A DNA stretch of 64,000 bases from an uncultured delta proteobacterium (lineage in GTDB: Bacteria > Desulfobacterota > Binatia > UBA9968): positions 32,001 to 96,000 of the forward strand of contig CAVUZH010000015.1 of assembly GCA_963745835.1 (NCBI GenBank). Reading direction: 5' to 3'. Positions 1-9,058 of the stretch are shown piece by piece. The notes beneath the pieces are model-generated. The model did no database searches and had not been told where the DNA came from. It saw nothing but the letters and a program-made list of their open reading frames with translations. The position numbers and the translations under genes were made by a program. How positions within the stretch are numbered: position 1 is the first letter of the stretch; each line of letters opens with the position of its first letter.

Positions 1-180
1 CTTTGGCTCGCAGCAGCAGCACCACCCGGGCGCTGGTCGCTTCGTTGGGTCACGAGCAGTAGAGAACGACGTGGCGCTCTTCGATCTCTTCCATGGCTAT
101 ACGAAGCGCACCTGGAATCATCTGAGCAGATGTTTGCCGATCGGCGCCACTCCGTTCGTTCAGATCATTCGGAAGTCATG
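1..180 (-). pseudogene. Rhodanese-like domain fragment with in-frame TGA (candidate selenocysteine); 5'-degraded and running off the window edge
   Basis: Manual translation of the minus strand gives QMIPGALRIAMEEIEERHVVLYCS*PNEATSARVVLLLRAK, with TGA at 52-50. This matches the VVLYCxCPNExTSARVA motif of DedA-fused rhodanese domains. No clean start codon, and the segment looks shortened relative to that family. Confidence 0.7.
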
Positions 181-194
181 CGCGATGGCTCGCG

Positions 195-1217
195 TCACTT
201 GCGCACGCGCATGCCGAGCGTGGCGTCCCATTGAAGAATCTTGTCACTCCTGGGCAGCGGCGCTTCGGCAACTTCGCCGACTGACACGCCGTATTTCCAG
301 TCCGCCGGGCAGATGGCGACGTAGCGCGCGTAGCCGCCCAGGCCGGCGGCGAATTTCGGATAGCCGATCGTAATTAAACAACCCTTCTCGGGGACTTTGT
401 CCAAGTTCGCCACCCCTTCCGCCTGAGCGTAGCCGTTGTGCATCAGCCAAGCCTCTCCTTCGAGGGTGGGAGTGGTGTCGGTGTCGAGCGGCTCGTGGCC
501 GTGAAATAGGATGTGACGTTCCTCGTGGAGAAATTGCAGCGCTTCCAACGAGACGCCGGGAAAAACGGTCTGGTTTGCCAGCGCCGGATCGGGCCAGCGC
601 TTCGACCAATCCGAGCGCACCATCACCACCGAACCGGCCGGAATCTTGCCATTCCCTTTCTCCCAGCTTTCGATATCAGAGCGCTGGAGATGATAACCGG
701 GATCTTTGGCCACCTGAGCGACGATGGAAATTACCGCCAGCGGGCGCACGGCATAGGTCGCCGGCAGCTCGTCAATGGCGGGAAACTCCGGCGCCCAGTG
801 CGCCGGCGGATCGAGCTGGGTGCCGAATTGGTCGGTGGGCAAATTGTAGTGCGTCGCCTCGAAGCCGTCCTTTTCGTAAGTGTAAGGCTGTTTGGTTTCA
901 GGATTGATCGTCGGAGCGAATTTCGCCGGCGCAAAGCCCTTCCACACCGGGATCGATGGCGTAAGGGTGTGTGTCAGATCGATGTACTTGGCTCCTTTAA
1001 GGGACCGATCGTAGACACGCCAAAGGTCGGACCGCGCTGAACCCCGCGATTCGTTTTTTTGGGCCGACGAAGCTTCACGTCCACAACCGGTCGTGAAGAC
1101 CATCGGACCCAAGACGAGAAACAAGAGAAACGACCTAAATGCCATAAGTGCACCCATAAAAACTCTCCGCTGCATATTGTTGTTTTGTCTCGGCAGAAAC
1201 AGTTCGCGATTGCGCAT
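195..1217 (-). CDS. Cyclase family (kynurenine formamidase-like) metal-dependent hydrolase, probably exported/lipoprotein
   Basis: IDLTHTL, QFGTQLDPPAH (variant of HxGTHxD), GHEPLDTD and EGVANL motifs; hydrophobic N-terminus ending VFTTGC. True start likely near 1154. Confidence 0.85.
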   Translation of the reverse strand: MRNRELFLPRQNNNMQRRVFMGALMAFRSFLLFLVLGPMVFTTGCGREASSAQKNESRGSARSDLWRVYDRSLKGAKYIDLTHTLTPSIPVWKGFAPAKFAPTINPETKQPYTYEKDGFEATHYNLPTDQFGTQLDPPAHWAPEFPAIDELPATYAVRPLAVISIVAQVAKDPGYHLQRSDIESWEKGNGKIPAGSVVMVRSDWSKRWPDPALANQTVFPGVSLEALQFLHEERHILFHGHEPLDTDTTPTLEGEAWLMHNGYAQAEGVANLDKVPEKGCLITIGYPKFAAGLGGYARYVAICPADWKYGVSVGEVAEAPLPRSDKILQWDATLGMRVRK

Positions 1218-1321
1218 TGATGGCTCGTCCTAGGAGTCTCGACTATCGCCGTTTTTAGGCTGAATAGTACAGCCATGAATTGCAAATAATCTTTTGATTC
1301 GCAATGGACGCGAACGCGATT

Positions 1322-1359
1322 GAAAAAACGAAAAGGGCGGGTTAACGATCCGCCCTTTC
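1322..1359 (-). terminator. Rho-independent terminator
   Basis: Minus strand GAAAGGGCGGATCGTTAACCCGCCCTTTTCGTTTTTT: GC stem plus U-tract, downstream of the cupin gene. Confidence 0.7.
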
Positions 1360-1430
1360 ATTTAGAAAGAGAAAGAGGAGCAAAAAAGGATTCAAATCTT
1401 CGTCCTTCTGCGGAGACGGCAGAAATAGTG

Positions 1431-1850
1431 TTACCCCCTCTCGTGGACGGTATTGTGGCCCGGCGTAATCGCAATCAGCACGGATGTTTCGTGCACGATC
1501 AGGCGATGCCAGAGTCCGGCCGGAACGATAAGTGCCGATCGCAACGGCAAAGGCGCGGTCCGTTCAAAGCCTTCCTTTCGAAACTCCACAGTGAGGGAGC
1601 CAGAAGACAAAATGAGGAGTTCGTCTCCCTCCGGATGCATTTCCCAATCCGGATAGTGCACATCCCGCGGCGTGCTCACCTCGTGAAGTGTCAGGATGAG
1701 TCCATCTATCAGATCGGGATTTGTCCCGGCGTTCCTGAAGAATTCAGCCGTTTTCGCATGAGGCCGCATGGACCCGTCCCGTGCCAGATAAATGCAACTG
1801 CCCGCCAGGCTGATGGAGGTCGGGGTTTAAGAGTGCAGTTCCGATATCAT
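1431..1850 (-). pseudogene. Cupin domain protein with premature TAA near the N-terminus (residual ORF 1431-1769)
   Basis: WEMHPEGDELL...IVPAGLWH cupin motifs. An upstream in-frame ATG at 1850 is followed by TAA at 1829-1827, then coding-like sequence continues into the ORF. Confidence 0.6.
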
Positions 1851-1903
1851 GTGTTTGGTTTCTTTTTTTTCGACAAATGCTTACGCGGAGCGAACACCCC
1901 GTT

Positions 1904-2373
1904 TCAGGTCGCCGTTTCGAGAAAGTCGGTCATCCGGTCGTCATTGGGTGCGATACCGTTCTTCTGGAGAACGATGCCCGCATTGCCCCGGTGATAGGTG
2001 CCGTGTAGACACACATGCAGAATGATCTCGCCGCGCTGCATGCGGGCCGGGCTTCCGTTGGTGAAGACGAAATCGATGGGTTGTTCAAAATCCTGTTCCG
2101 GCAAATTGCCGACATAGAAAGTGTACCAGTCGTCCACTTCCTTCACTCCGGTCGCTAGGGTCTGGAAATCCGGCATTTCTTCCGAGCGCGGCGCATGAAA
2201 CGCGTGCGGCAAGCCCTGCAGGTGATGCTGAAACACCTTGTCGACGACATGGATGTGGTCGAGGAGAATCGCCACATCCTGGGCATCTAGCCGATCAAGG
2301 TTCTCGGCAACCACATCGTAAAGGCCGCCCATTGTTTGTAACGAACGAGCTGCGAAAAGGGATGAGACGTCAT
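1904..2373 (-). pseudogene. DinB family protein, frameshifted near 2330
   Basis: LLDHIHVVD and HVCLHGTYHRG DinB motifs. The likely real start, ATG 2373 (RBS GAAAGG), reads MTSHPFSQLVRYKQWA in a different frame from the rest. Confidence 0.7.
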
Positions 2374-2943
2374 GAGGGCCGCCTTTCCGTAATGGCGGCG
2401 TCGCGACACGCGCAGCAACGCCTCTTAAATACACCCTAGAACCATGAGCAGGCAGGTCAAGAGGCACAGACGTTCCTATGAGAATTCTTCTTATTTCTGC
2501 AGCGCCGGTGTTAGCTCCGTATCTTCGGCGCTAATGAAAGTTCATGACGTATCTGCGTTAGTCAATAAGCCGGAGAATGAAAGAGCCGATTGTATTACTC
2601 CTGTTGCCGATCGACAGTTTGTGGAACTTAATCCTTTGAACCTCGTCAGCCGCTTTCATTGTCACCGCTTCATCGCAAATGACCAACCCTTTTCCGCTGT
2701 TGACATCCTTCGCGTTCCAGGACTAGAGTAGGTTCTCTTCGCTAGTTGCATTTTGACCAACCGGGTCAGTCAGGGCCGGACCTCCGAGCTAGAGGAGTGT
2801 TCCAATGGCATCTACATACGACTTCGTCTCATCGTTTACATCAGTTCATCGCTGCTTCGTTTGCTTCTCGTAGTTACGGCCAAGTGGGTTAATCTCAGTT
2901 CTGTCACAGTAATACTGGCCTGATAATGAGTTAGGAGGTGAGT

Positions 2944-3204
2944 ATGAGAGCGGAAATTATCTTGAAGCGCGAGGAGAAGGAACGCCTACTTGCCTGGACT
3001 TCCAGCAAATCACCGGCACGTTCGGTTCTTAGCAAAGCTGAGCCGAAACGTAATCAACGACAACTCGTCACGATAAGCTGCGATGAGCAAGCGGCTGCCG
3101 ACATCTTAAGAGTTGCCAAACGGCATCATGGCACTACTTGGAGAGTGATGTACAGTCAGATGAAGAGGCTTGGTCTACTGAAATCGACGCTTAACGAGAG
3201 ATAA
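2944..3204 (+). CDS. Small basic hypothetical protein
   Basis: AGGAGG RBS 5 nt before ATG 2944; 86 codons. Confidence 0.6.
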   Translation: MRAEIILKREEKERLLAWTSSKSPARSVLSKAEPKRNQRQLVTISCDEQAAADILRVAKRHHGTTWRVMYSQMKRLGLLKSTLNER

Positions 3205-3420
3205 GGCTAGTATGACGATCGAGTACGACCCGCCCTTAGACAGTGTTGAATATGGACAGAACAGCGGCGTCGTAGCCAACATCGATAGACAGCTCCAAAC
3301 AAGGCACCTATCTCCACGTTATCAGAAGCAAACCATAGGCGAGCAGAATCTGATGCCGAAAGCGAAGCTGATGATGTACGTCTATACAGGTAGTGCTGAG
3401 CGGGGAGGCCGAAGGGAGGA

Positions 3421-3639
3421 ATGTTGCCGCCGATGATTGCTTCAGAATACCAAGCCAATATCATACTTCATAAAGCAGTCCTTCATACAACAAGCGTTGG
3501 TTACGAGCTGAGAAAAACACTGAACGAAAGTCGCAAAAATGTCGAACACAGTCGGCGACTGATCGAAGAGACAGGAGTTATCTTGGATCAGTCGAGATTG
3601 CTTATCCTTGCTAGTCAACGGCTGACGTTGAAGGGTTAG
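3421..3639 (+). CDS. Small helical/coiled-coil hypothetical protein, paralogous to the C-terminus of 5842-6249
   Basis: GGGAGG RBS; ungapped similarity (about 20/52 identical by manual alignment) to the C-terminus of the 5842-6249 protein. Confidence 0.6.
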   Translation: MLPPMIASEYQANIILHKAVLHTTSVGYELRKTLNESRKNVEHSRRLIEETGVILDQSRLLILASQRLTLKG

Positions 3640-4185
3640 CGCCCAGTGACTCACCGTGATCATTGAAGTTTGCAACCGGCTTACTTGTGAGAAATTGCCG
3701 CTTCATCTGCCAATCCACAACTCCTCACGGCGGGTGCTACTCATGAGTTTTGCTGATAGTAGCCGGTAGCCAATCAAGTTTTTTCTTTCTTGTCGGTCCT
3801 CGCTTACTGCTAACCTCTCGCGCAAGCGGTTCAGATGGCGGTGTGCCTGCTGAAAATTCTGCAACTTCACTAAAGGCAAAGAACGAAGCTCAACATCGCG
3901 TCGCAACATACTACAAGACTACTTTCTGTCGTAAAATTGTAATAAGCCCTTTTTGTAGCAACTTTTTGAGTTAGCAATCTGTCGCGAGATTCTTCTGGTT
4001 CATACTTCAGATTCCCTTTCAATCTGGCATACTTTAATAACAGTCGGAAAAATTTCGGCACGACTGTCCTAAAAGCGCTCGCTCATTCGTCGCGCTATTG
4101 AGTGAGGCATTCGGTGTCTGGCGGGGGAATGCAGCAGCAATGTCTCCAAAACTATTTTGGCGCAAAGCTTAAGGAGGTATGAACC

Positions 4186-4920
4186 ATGGCACAGGAGAAA
4201 ATCAATGCGACACGTCGACAAACCAATTTGCCGAACGAATCCGACGAATATCTGTCCAAGCGAGAAGAACTTCGACTGGCGGAAATTGAGCTGATGCGCC
4301 AGCGAGAGCGAGTAGCAGAACTTCGCCGGGGACTTCCGCAAGGCGCGGCGCTTCAGGATTATGCATTCGAAGAGGGTCCGGCGGACCTCGATGCCGGCGA
4401 CACGCCGATCCGCACCGTCCGCCTGAGCGAACTGTTCAGCGCGCCTCATCGTTCCTTGGTCCTCTATCAGTTTATGTTCGGCAAGAAGAACACCACCCCG
4501 TGCCCAATGTGCACGCTCTGGATCGATGGTTGGAATGGTGTCGCTCATCATCTGGCTCAGAACGTCGACGTCGCGATCGTGGCCGCGGCCGATCCGATGG
4601 CGTTGCGAGCACATGCACGCGCGCGCGGGTGGCACAAGCTTAGGCTACTGAGTTGCGGCGCCAATACGTTCAAATACGATCTCGGCAGCGAAGACCGCGA
4701 GGGGAATCAGGATTCGACCATTTCCGTTTTCACTCGAGATACGGACGGAACCCTGCGCCACTTCTACTCGGTTCATCCGTCTCTCGCGGGCGACATCGAG
4801 GAGCGCGGTATCGATCTTTACTCTCCCGTGTGGCATGTTTTGGATCTCACTCCACAGGGGCGCGGTGACTGGATGGCAGACCTTGGTTACGGCACTAACG
4901 TAAGCGCACCGCGTCGTTGA
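4186..4920 (+). CDS. DUF899 family thioredoxin-like protein
   Basis: ELRRGLP, LSELF, CPMC and LDLTPQGR motifs; AGGAGG RBS. Confidence 0.9.
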   Translation: MAQEKINATRRQTNLPNESDEYLSKREELRLAEIELMRQRERVAELRRGLPQGAALQDYAFEEGPADLDAGDTPIRTVRLSELFSAPHRSLVLYQFMFGKKNTTPCPMCTLWIDGWNGVAHHLAQNVDVAIVAAADPMALRAHARARGWHKLRLLSCGANTFKYDLGSEDREGNQDSTISVFTRDTDGTLRHFYSVHPSLAGDIEERGIDLYSPVWHVLDLTPQGRGDWMADLGYGTNVSAPRR

Positions 4921-4934
4921 GTTTTCGTCAAGCC

Positions 4935-5195
4935 CGTCCTCTCTTGGTCAAAGACACAGGCGGGGGATGTCATGGCCCAGTGCATCCCAGTAATCGCCGC
5001 GCGGACGGCGCAAGAATAAATCGGCGCAAGAACCGCCACGGCACGTTCTGGGAGGACGGCTATCCAAGCCGATTATCATTGCATCAGTGCGTTGTCTATA
5101 TCGATTTGAACATGGTGCGCGCCGGAATGGTCAAGCATCCGCGCGCACGGGAACACAGCGGGTATCGCGAGATTCACAAGCCGCCTAGCCGCTAT
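4935..5195 (+). mobile_element. Degenerate Y1/REP-associated tyrosine transposase (RAYT-like) remnant
   Basis: Frameshifted pieces LLVKDTGG-DVMAQ..ARTAQE-NRRKNRHGTFWED...YIDLNMVRAGMVKHP..HSGYREI, typical of the C-terminal half of Y1 transposases. Confidence 0.75.
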
Positions 5196-5250
5196 CTATC
5201 CGATACGTTTGCTGCCCATTGCCGGTCTCTATCGAATCACATCAGGTGTC

Positions 5251-5532
5251 TCAAAATTCGATCTTCAAGGGCTGATGCACTAGCCAAGCAAGAATCTTCT
5301 GATCTTTTAAACTCCACGTACCCGACTTGAAGATCAGCATCACCAGATAATCGTCAGGGTCAGTTTGAGCTTTAAGCTTCTGCCAGACGTCTCTCGCCGG
5401 CTCATCTGCAGTGATCGCGTAATTTGATCCGTATAGCTTCACCCACTGATAGCTTCCGAGGACTTTGTAAAAAGCCTTATCTGCTTTGGACGTTTCCGCG
5501 TTACATTTGTAGGTGATGAGCAGAACAGCCAT
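5251..5532 (-). CDS. Small ferredoxin-like-fold protein (Cas2-like / so-called SinR-family)
   Basis: Pattern MAVLLITY...YKVLGSYQWVKL..SNYAI...VWQKLK..DPDDYLV resembles stand-alone Cas2-like small proteins. Confidence 0.55.
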   Translation of the reverse strand: MAVLLITYKCNAETSKADKAFYKVLGSYQWVKLYGSNYAITADEPARDVWQKLKAQTDPDDYLVMLIFKSGTWSLKDQKILAWLVHQPLKIEF

Positions 5533-5841
5533 TGGCGCATACCATAGCACACGACGCATAGACGGTGGGGAAAAAAAATTGCGGCCATGCTGAGGCGCTA
5601 CTCGGTTACTTCGTCATCGCTGCAGGTGCGGGTACTGTCGCTTCGGCCTTCGTCGGGTTTGTCCCCGCCAACTTACTGATCGCTCATAGGGCTTCTCTTG
5701 ATAACTCGCAGGGTGTAGAGGATTTTTGCGTCAGCCCGAGAAATCGACTTTAGCAGGGGCTTAGGAGGTTTATGAGGGTAAGTTGTTTAGGTATCAGTTT
5801 TTTGCAGAGCGTAGTTCCGATACTACAGCTACGAACCCGCC

Positions 5842-6249
5842 TCATCCGTTCCGTTTACGTTCCCTGGCAAGGAGCGCCCGCCTTGATTGTTCCAACACCC
5901 GGTCCATCTCCGCACGCAGCACTCGACTGCGCTCCATTGTGTGACAACTTCGCTCAAAGGCAGTTCTTAGCTGATCGAGAACCCGTTCGGATTTAAAGAT
6001 TGCCTGATGAAGGATGGTGTTGACCGCAGGTTTGCCGTCGTCTATCCACTTTCTGACGATTGCAATGCCCTCCATCCGGGCTTCTTGGGGAGTCATGAAA
6101 GTGCGGTTACAAGTGTATCTGGTAAATTCTTCTTTGTTACGTTCGACCCAATGTATATCAGAGAAAAACGTGCAGGCGTGGCCGGGATGAACCGGCTGAG
6201 TGGTGATGCTAAACTGATGACCTTTGTACCGATAGTATCTTGCGTCCAT
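5842..6249 (-). CDS. Hypothetical protein: small alpha/beta N-domain (YKGH...TF.T..EA...G....RKWID) plus helical C-terminal module
   Basis: GAGG RBS, 135 aa; the N-domain resembles the 20588 protein and the C-terminus resembles the 3421 protein. Confidence 0.7.
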   Translation of the reverse strand: MDARYYRYKGHQFSITTQPVHPGHACTFFSDIHWVERNKEEFTRYTCNRTFMTPQEARMEGIAIVRKWIDDGKPAVNTILHQAIFKSERVLDQLRTAFERSCHTMERSRVLRAEMDRVLEQSRRALLARERKRNG

Positions 6250-6333
6250 CCGTCCTCGGCAAAAGCCGTCCGTTACCGTGTAGTTGTTGCGGCCTTCGAT
6301 GATTGCACGATCAGCGGAGACTTTCCATGAAAA

Positions 6334-6354
6334 TGTGGATAACCCTGTGGATAG
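6334..6354. promoter_or_regulatory. Tandem DnaA-box pair
   Basis: TGTGGATAA (perfect reverse complement of TTATCCACA) at 6334-6342 and TGTGGATAG at 6346-6354. Confidence 0.5.
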
Positions 6355-6927
6355 ACTTCGCCTATTAAGCCTCAGAGCCTAAGTAGAAGCGGCGCTGACC
6401 AAATTGCCTAAAAATTCAACTAAATTTCCGGTGATCGTACAGACAGTTTCTCTCCTTCCACTCTGTCATACGCTTTACCCTGTAAGTTCTCAGCTTTCGC
6501 AAAACGGTTCCGCATTTTCTGAAAATGCACTGTACGGGCTCCCGGAGCACTGGCAGTCCTTTACTATCTTTGTCATTTTTCCACCCTCCAGCCAACCAGT
6601 AGATGTCAGTTATCAACAGCTCTTTTTTGTCATCCCGGGCCTACCCTACGTTGCGAGACGTTGTGCGTGAAGCCCGAATGGAACCGCGTTGCTTTCTTTT
6701 GTGAACTCTTAGCCCGTGTGCGCTACGTTCTTTTCCTAAGGCGTAGACTCAGCAGCAGCCTGGCAAAGTCGGAACTTGAGTTTTCCAGCCTGCCTGCCAT
6801 AGGAAAAAAGAGATCGCTGGGATGATGTAGAAGCCAAAATAAACACAAATAAAGAAAATAGGTACGCCATTCCGCTATACGTGAAGACTTAACGAACGGA
6901 GCGAGGAGCCGAGTCTTCAGCGGCCTG

Positions 6928-7476
6928 CTAGCGGACGCTCGCTGGATCCTTGGCCTCGCGCGGGAACCAGCCGCCAAGGCGGTGATAGGCTTTCAGATAA
7001 CTGATCTGCCCCTCGTTGGTCATGGCATTCTCCAAGACGCTGACCAAGCGCACAGCTACCGTTGGCCGCGGGTCATATCGGGGTTCATCGAGCTCTCGTG
7101 CGAGCTCGTCGGCCGCGACTGAGCTAAGGTAGGTTTTCATCCGCTCAAACGTCGTATCGTGGTAGTCGAGGAGTTGCTGGGCGGAAGCGCGGAAAGAGTT
7201 GACTTGTTCGCGCGTGTGTCTGGCCGATCGCCCATAATCCGCCGGTTCGGGCGGCATACCGAACCGGACAGCCCATCCTGCGCCGATCCACAGCTGCTCG
7301 CGGCCGGAAAGTCCGGAGACATTGCTGTCCATGACTCGACTGATGCGCCAGGCAAGCCACCCGATCGACGGATGCGGCTCTTTAACCAGTTCCTCCGGCG
7401 TAATGTCACCCAACGTGCGGTGCAGCGACTCGTGGACCCGTGTAAACGCGTCAAGCAAGATATCGTTCGCGATCAT
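6928..7476 (-). CDS. DinB superfamily protein
   Basis: SIGWLAW, EQLW..GW..RFG and GQISYLK pattern; GGAG RBS. Confidence 0.85.
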   Translation of the reverse strand: MIANDILLDAFTRVHESLHRTLGDITPEELVKEPHPSIGWLAWRISRVMDSNVSGLSGREQLWIGAGWAVRFGMPPEPADYGRSARHTREQVNSFRASAQQLLDYHDTTFERMKTYLSSVAADELARELDEPRYDPRPTVAVRLVSVLENAMTNEGQISYLKAYHRLGGWFPREAKDPASVR

Positions 7477-7619
7477 GAAGGTGTCCTCCGTAGCTTGCGC
7501 TTACTACTGACCTGTCAAACAATCAACATTCAAAAGATCAGGTAAAGGGCATGCGCCACGATGTCAGGCTTTGATTGTTTGCTTAGAAGAGCAAGGCGTG
7601 CAGGGTCCTTGATGAATGT

Positions 7620-7832
7620 CTAACGCGCTTTCTCCAACTCCGCCAAACGAGTCTTCGCCTGATTCGCGTAGGGCGAGTCGGGATATTCTTCTACGATCTG
7701 CCGGTAAAGTTTCGTCGCATGCGGCTTGTTGTTCTGTTTCTCTTCGAGCTGCGCGGTATCGTATAGATCCTTCGCTTTATCACCGCAGCCCGCGAGCAGC
7801 AGGAGCAGGCAACCGGCAAGAAATCTTCGCAT
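7620..7832 (-). CDS. Small TPR-like lipoprotein
   Basis: Lipobox LLAGC; YRQIVEEYPDSPYA TPR-like tail; AGGAG RBS. Confidence 0.85.
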   Translation of the reverse strand: MRRFLAGCLLLLLAGCGDKAKDLYDTAQLEEKQNNKPHATKLYRQIVEEYPDSPYANQAKTRLAELEKAR

Positions 7833-7856
7833 GAAAATTCTCCTAAATTGCTGGTG

Positions 7857-8782
7857 TCAGGCTCTGACGAGCGAGGTTGGGTAGCTCACACCCTGAAGGT
7901 CCGCTGCGTGCTCTCTGTATTCAGGGCGCCCCCAGGTGCTGGACAAAAAATCTACTACAGTTCGACGCGAGTCCTCCGCTACTTCGCGATTGGGAGTCAT
8001 GCGAACCTTGCCTCCTATACCGAGCGCAGCCGAGTCGTCATTGAACACTCTAGCTCGCTCTTGAGAGTCCCAACCGTGAGTAGCTTTCGGATAGTATTTG
8101 AGCGAAACATGATTCCGCGCCGCTTCGGGTAGCGAAGCAACGAATTTCTGGCAACTGTCCGGCTCGTCATAATCGTCCTCACCGCCCGCGAATATTAGGA
8201 CGGGAGCACCCGTGAGTGTTTTGTACCTCCCATAGCCTGATGCTTTGGGCTCAGACGTTACCCTTAGGTGGGACCAGCAGACGGGATAGAACGGTGCGTG
8301 AGCGGCGAAGCGGACCTGCCCTTCCGTGAACAGCTGAGTAAACTATCCGAGGCTGCAGCGAGAGAGAGCCCGCCTCCCCACGAAAAACCCATTACGCCAA
8401 TGCGCCGTGGCTCGATTTCCGGTCGGCTTGCCAGATACTTCAACGCGCCATACATGTGGGTAAAGTTCTCGCGGGTACCGGCACGGGGTCGGTTGCTGCG
8501 GGAAAACATGAAGATTTCCAACGTACCAATCCCTGCCGCATTGAGTGTCTTTCTATGAAACTCGCCGCGGCCATCAATGCCGCCGCTCCCATGTAGAACT
8601 AGCACAACCGGGAGCTTGCCTCTCACCTTTGCTTCGGCAAGCTCGAGATCTCCCTTCACCTCTGAAACCGCCGAATAGCCCTTCGCCACAGCCCCAGGAA
8701 AAGTGACTACATCTGCGGGAGTCTTAGCAGGGCCAATCAACAAACAGGCCAAGGCCAGTAGATAACGCATCCTGATTGACAA
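7857..8782 (-). CDS. Dienelactone hydrolase family alpha/beta hydrolase, split by a 1-nt deletion near 8340
   Basis: Signal peptide, LHGSGG and GFSWGG nucleophile elbow. After a frameshift it continues TQLFTEGQVRFAAHAPFYPVC...GGEDDYD...YPKATHGWD into the 7857-8048 ORF. Confidence 0.8.
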
Positions 8783-9058
8783 TCCTCAAAGTGTGGGGTT
8801 TTGAGGCGTAGGTTCACTGTCGCATAACGCACTCACAGATAAGCCACGATCTCGTAGAATCGATAGCCATGCTGCCGATAGCAACGTGTTCTGACAGCGG
8901 TTAATGGCAACGGGAGGGGGCTCGGGGTAAGGTCTTGAATCTTAATGTTTCTGTTCTAGCTTTGTTCCCCAAAAAGCACAGCAAGAAACCTCGCTCGTCA
9001 GTAACTGACTCCGTAGGGTTCGATGAGACTTCCATCGATACCCCATAAGCATTCTGCT

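Noticed and set aside
2470-2930. Coding region in the unassigned 2.5-2.9 kb stretch
   Set aside because: A minus-strand frame looks protein-like but has several stops and no recognisable family.
6334-6354. Chromosomal replication origin
   Set aside because: Only two DnaA boxes, with no evident unwinding element and no dnaA/dnaN/gidA context.
7857-8900. Integron gene cassette around the dienelactone hydrolase (GTTATGC upstream and ACCCAAC near the end on the minus strand)
   Set aside because: No complete attC palindrome could be assembled and no integrase is present.
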